Virus record (IMG/VR): IMGVR_UViG_2778261229_000003 | Location: 1-35,937 of that record | Source: a virus | Taxonomy: Duplodnaviria; Heunggongvirae; Uroviricota; Caudoviricetes | DNA length: 35,937 nucleotides | Direction: 5' to 3' (one strand) | Part shown: positions 35,413-35,937 of the stretch, piece after piece | How positions within the stretch are numbered: the first letter of the stretch is position 1 | How the letters are laid out: the number at the start of each line of letters is the position of its first letter | The notes under the pieces: model-generated | Databases searched by the model: none | What the model was told of the DNA's origin: nothing | What the model saw: only the letters and a program-made list of their open reading frames with translations | Made by a program: the position numbers and the translations under genes

Positions 35413-35937
35413 ATGTCAGATATCACCGCAAATGTTGTGGTAAGCATGCCTTCGCAACTCTTCACTATGGCGCGTTCTTTTAAAGCCGTAGCCAATGGCA
35501 AAATTTATATCGGTAAAATTGACACTGACCCGGTAAATCCTGAAAACCAGATTCAGGTTTATGTAGAGAACGAAGACGGTTCTCACATTCCTGTTTCGCA
35601 ACCAATAATCATTAACACTGCTGGATATCCGGTATATAACGGACAGATTGCCAAATTCGTAACCGTGCAAGGCCATTCTATGGCTGTATATGATGCGTAT
35701 GGTGCACAGCAGTTCTATTTTCCTAATGTTCTAAAATACGAGCCTGACCAGTTACGTCACTACGTAGATGAGCTACTGGCAGCAATACAATCAGAAATTG
35801 ATGAGATATCAGATTTTAACTGCCGATTATCTTCAAAAGAAGGTGCTAGCCTAGTTGCGACTGAAACAGGAAGAACGGTAGAGGCTTCTATTCGTGCTGC
35901 GTCTGGATCATCACAGGCCCTTTTCCCAAATTTCGTC
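35413..35937 (+). CDS. Tailspike protein, N-terminal head-binding domain (partial, continues past window end)
   Basis: [58 protein letters not shown]... matches P22 gp9 N-terminal domain; GGAG RBS; no stop before 35937. Confidence 0.9.
   Translation, partial: MSDITANVVVSMPSQLFTMARSFKAVANGKIYIGKIDTDPVNPENQIQVYVENEDGSHIPVSQPIIINTAGYPVYNGQIAKFVTVQGHSMAVYDAYGAQQFYFPNVLKYEPDQLRHYVDELLAAIQSEIDEISDFNCRLSSKEGASLVATETGRTVEASIRAASGSSQALFPNFV

Noticed and set aside
35416-35676. 86-aa minus-strand ORF overlapping the tailspike 5' end
   Set aside because: Antisense to the conserved tailspike head-binding domain coding sequence.

Overview
This window is a nearly complete temperate phage (probably a prophage of an enterobacterium) with a mosaic lambdoid / P22-supergroup (Sf6/HK620-like) organisation. 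All calls were made by reading the sequence and ORF track and comparing from memory with lambda, P22 and Sf6 proteins; no database search or folding program was run. Layout, left to right: an AlpA-type excisionase (1-201, minus; integrase would lie beyond coordinate 1); a leftward pL-type early operon (9413 down to 484) carrying N with a lambda-identical nutL, a SieB-position membrane protein bracketed by terminators, an ER/K-rich repeat protein, cIII, kil, a Rad52-type annealase / SSB / DnaQ-like exonuclease module, Ea22-like proteins and a translationally coupled chain of small accessory genes; an immunity region (cI with S24 peptidase domain, cro, three operators on each side built on TACCTGCAGGTA, i.e. 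not lambda immunity); lambda-like nutR, tR1 and cII; an O-like initiator with internal iteron-like repeats plus a DnaB-family helicase; a nin region (ninB, dam, ninE, ninX, ninF, rusA) and a phage-21/82-type Q; a lambda-type lysis cassette S-R-Rz/Rz1; a frameshifted rha; Sf6-type terS/terL, portal, scaffold, coat, gp4/gp10/needle and ejection proteins; a leftward mnt + lipoprotein pair; and the 5' end of a P22-type tailspike gene. No rRNA, CRISPR array or convincing tRNA was found. The best candidates for undescribed functions are single genes or short modules in classic moron positions: (1) a small membrane protein translationally coupled to cI at the rexAB-equivalent position (9781-10077); (2) the membrane protein between N and the tL1-like terminators (8629-9078); (3) the mnt-lipoprotein pair next to the tailspike (34469-35291); (4) the ea-region chain with a PD-(D/E)XK nuclease and a 266-aa protein with TGT/DpdA-like motif order (484-3048). 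None has a confirmed function.
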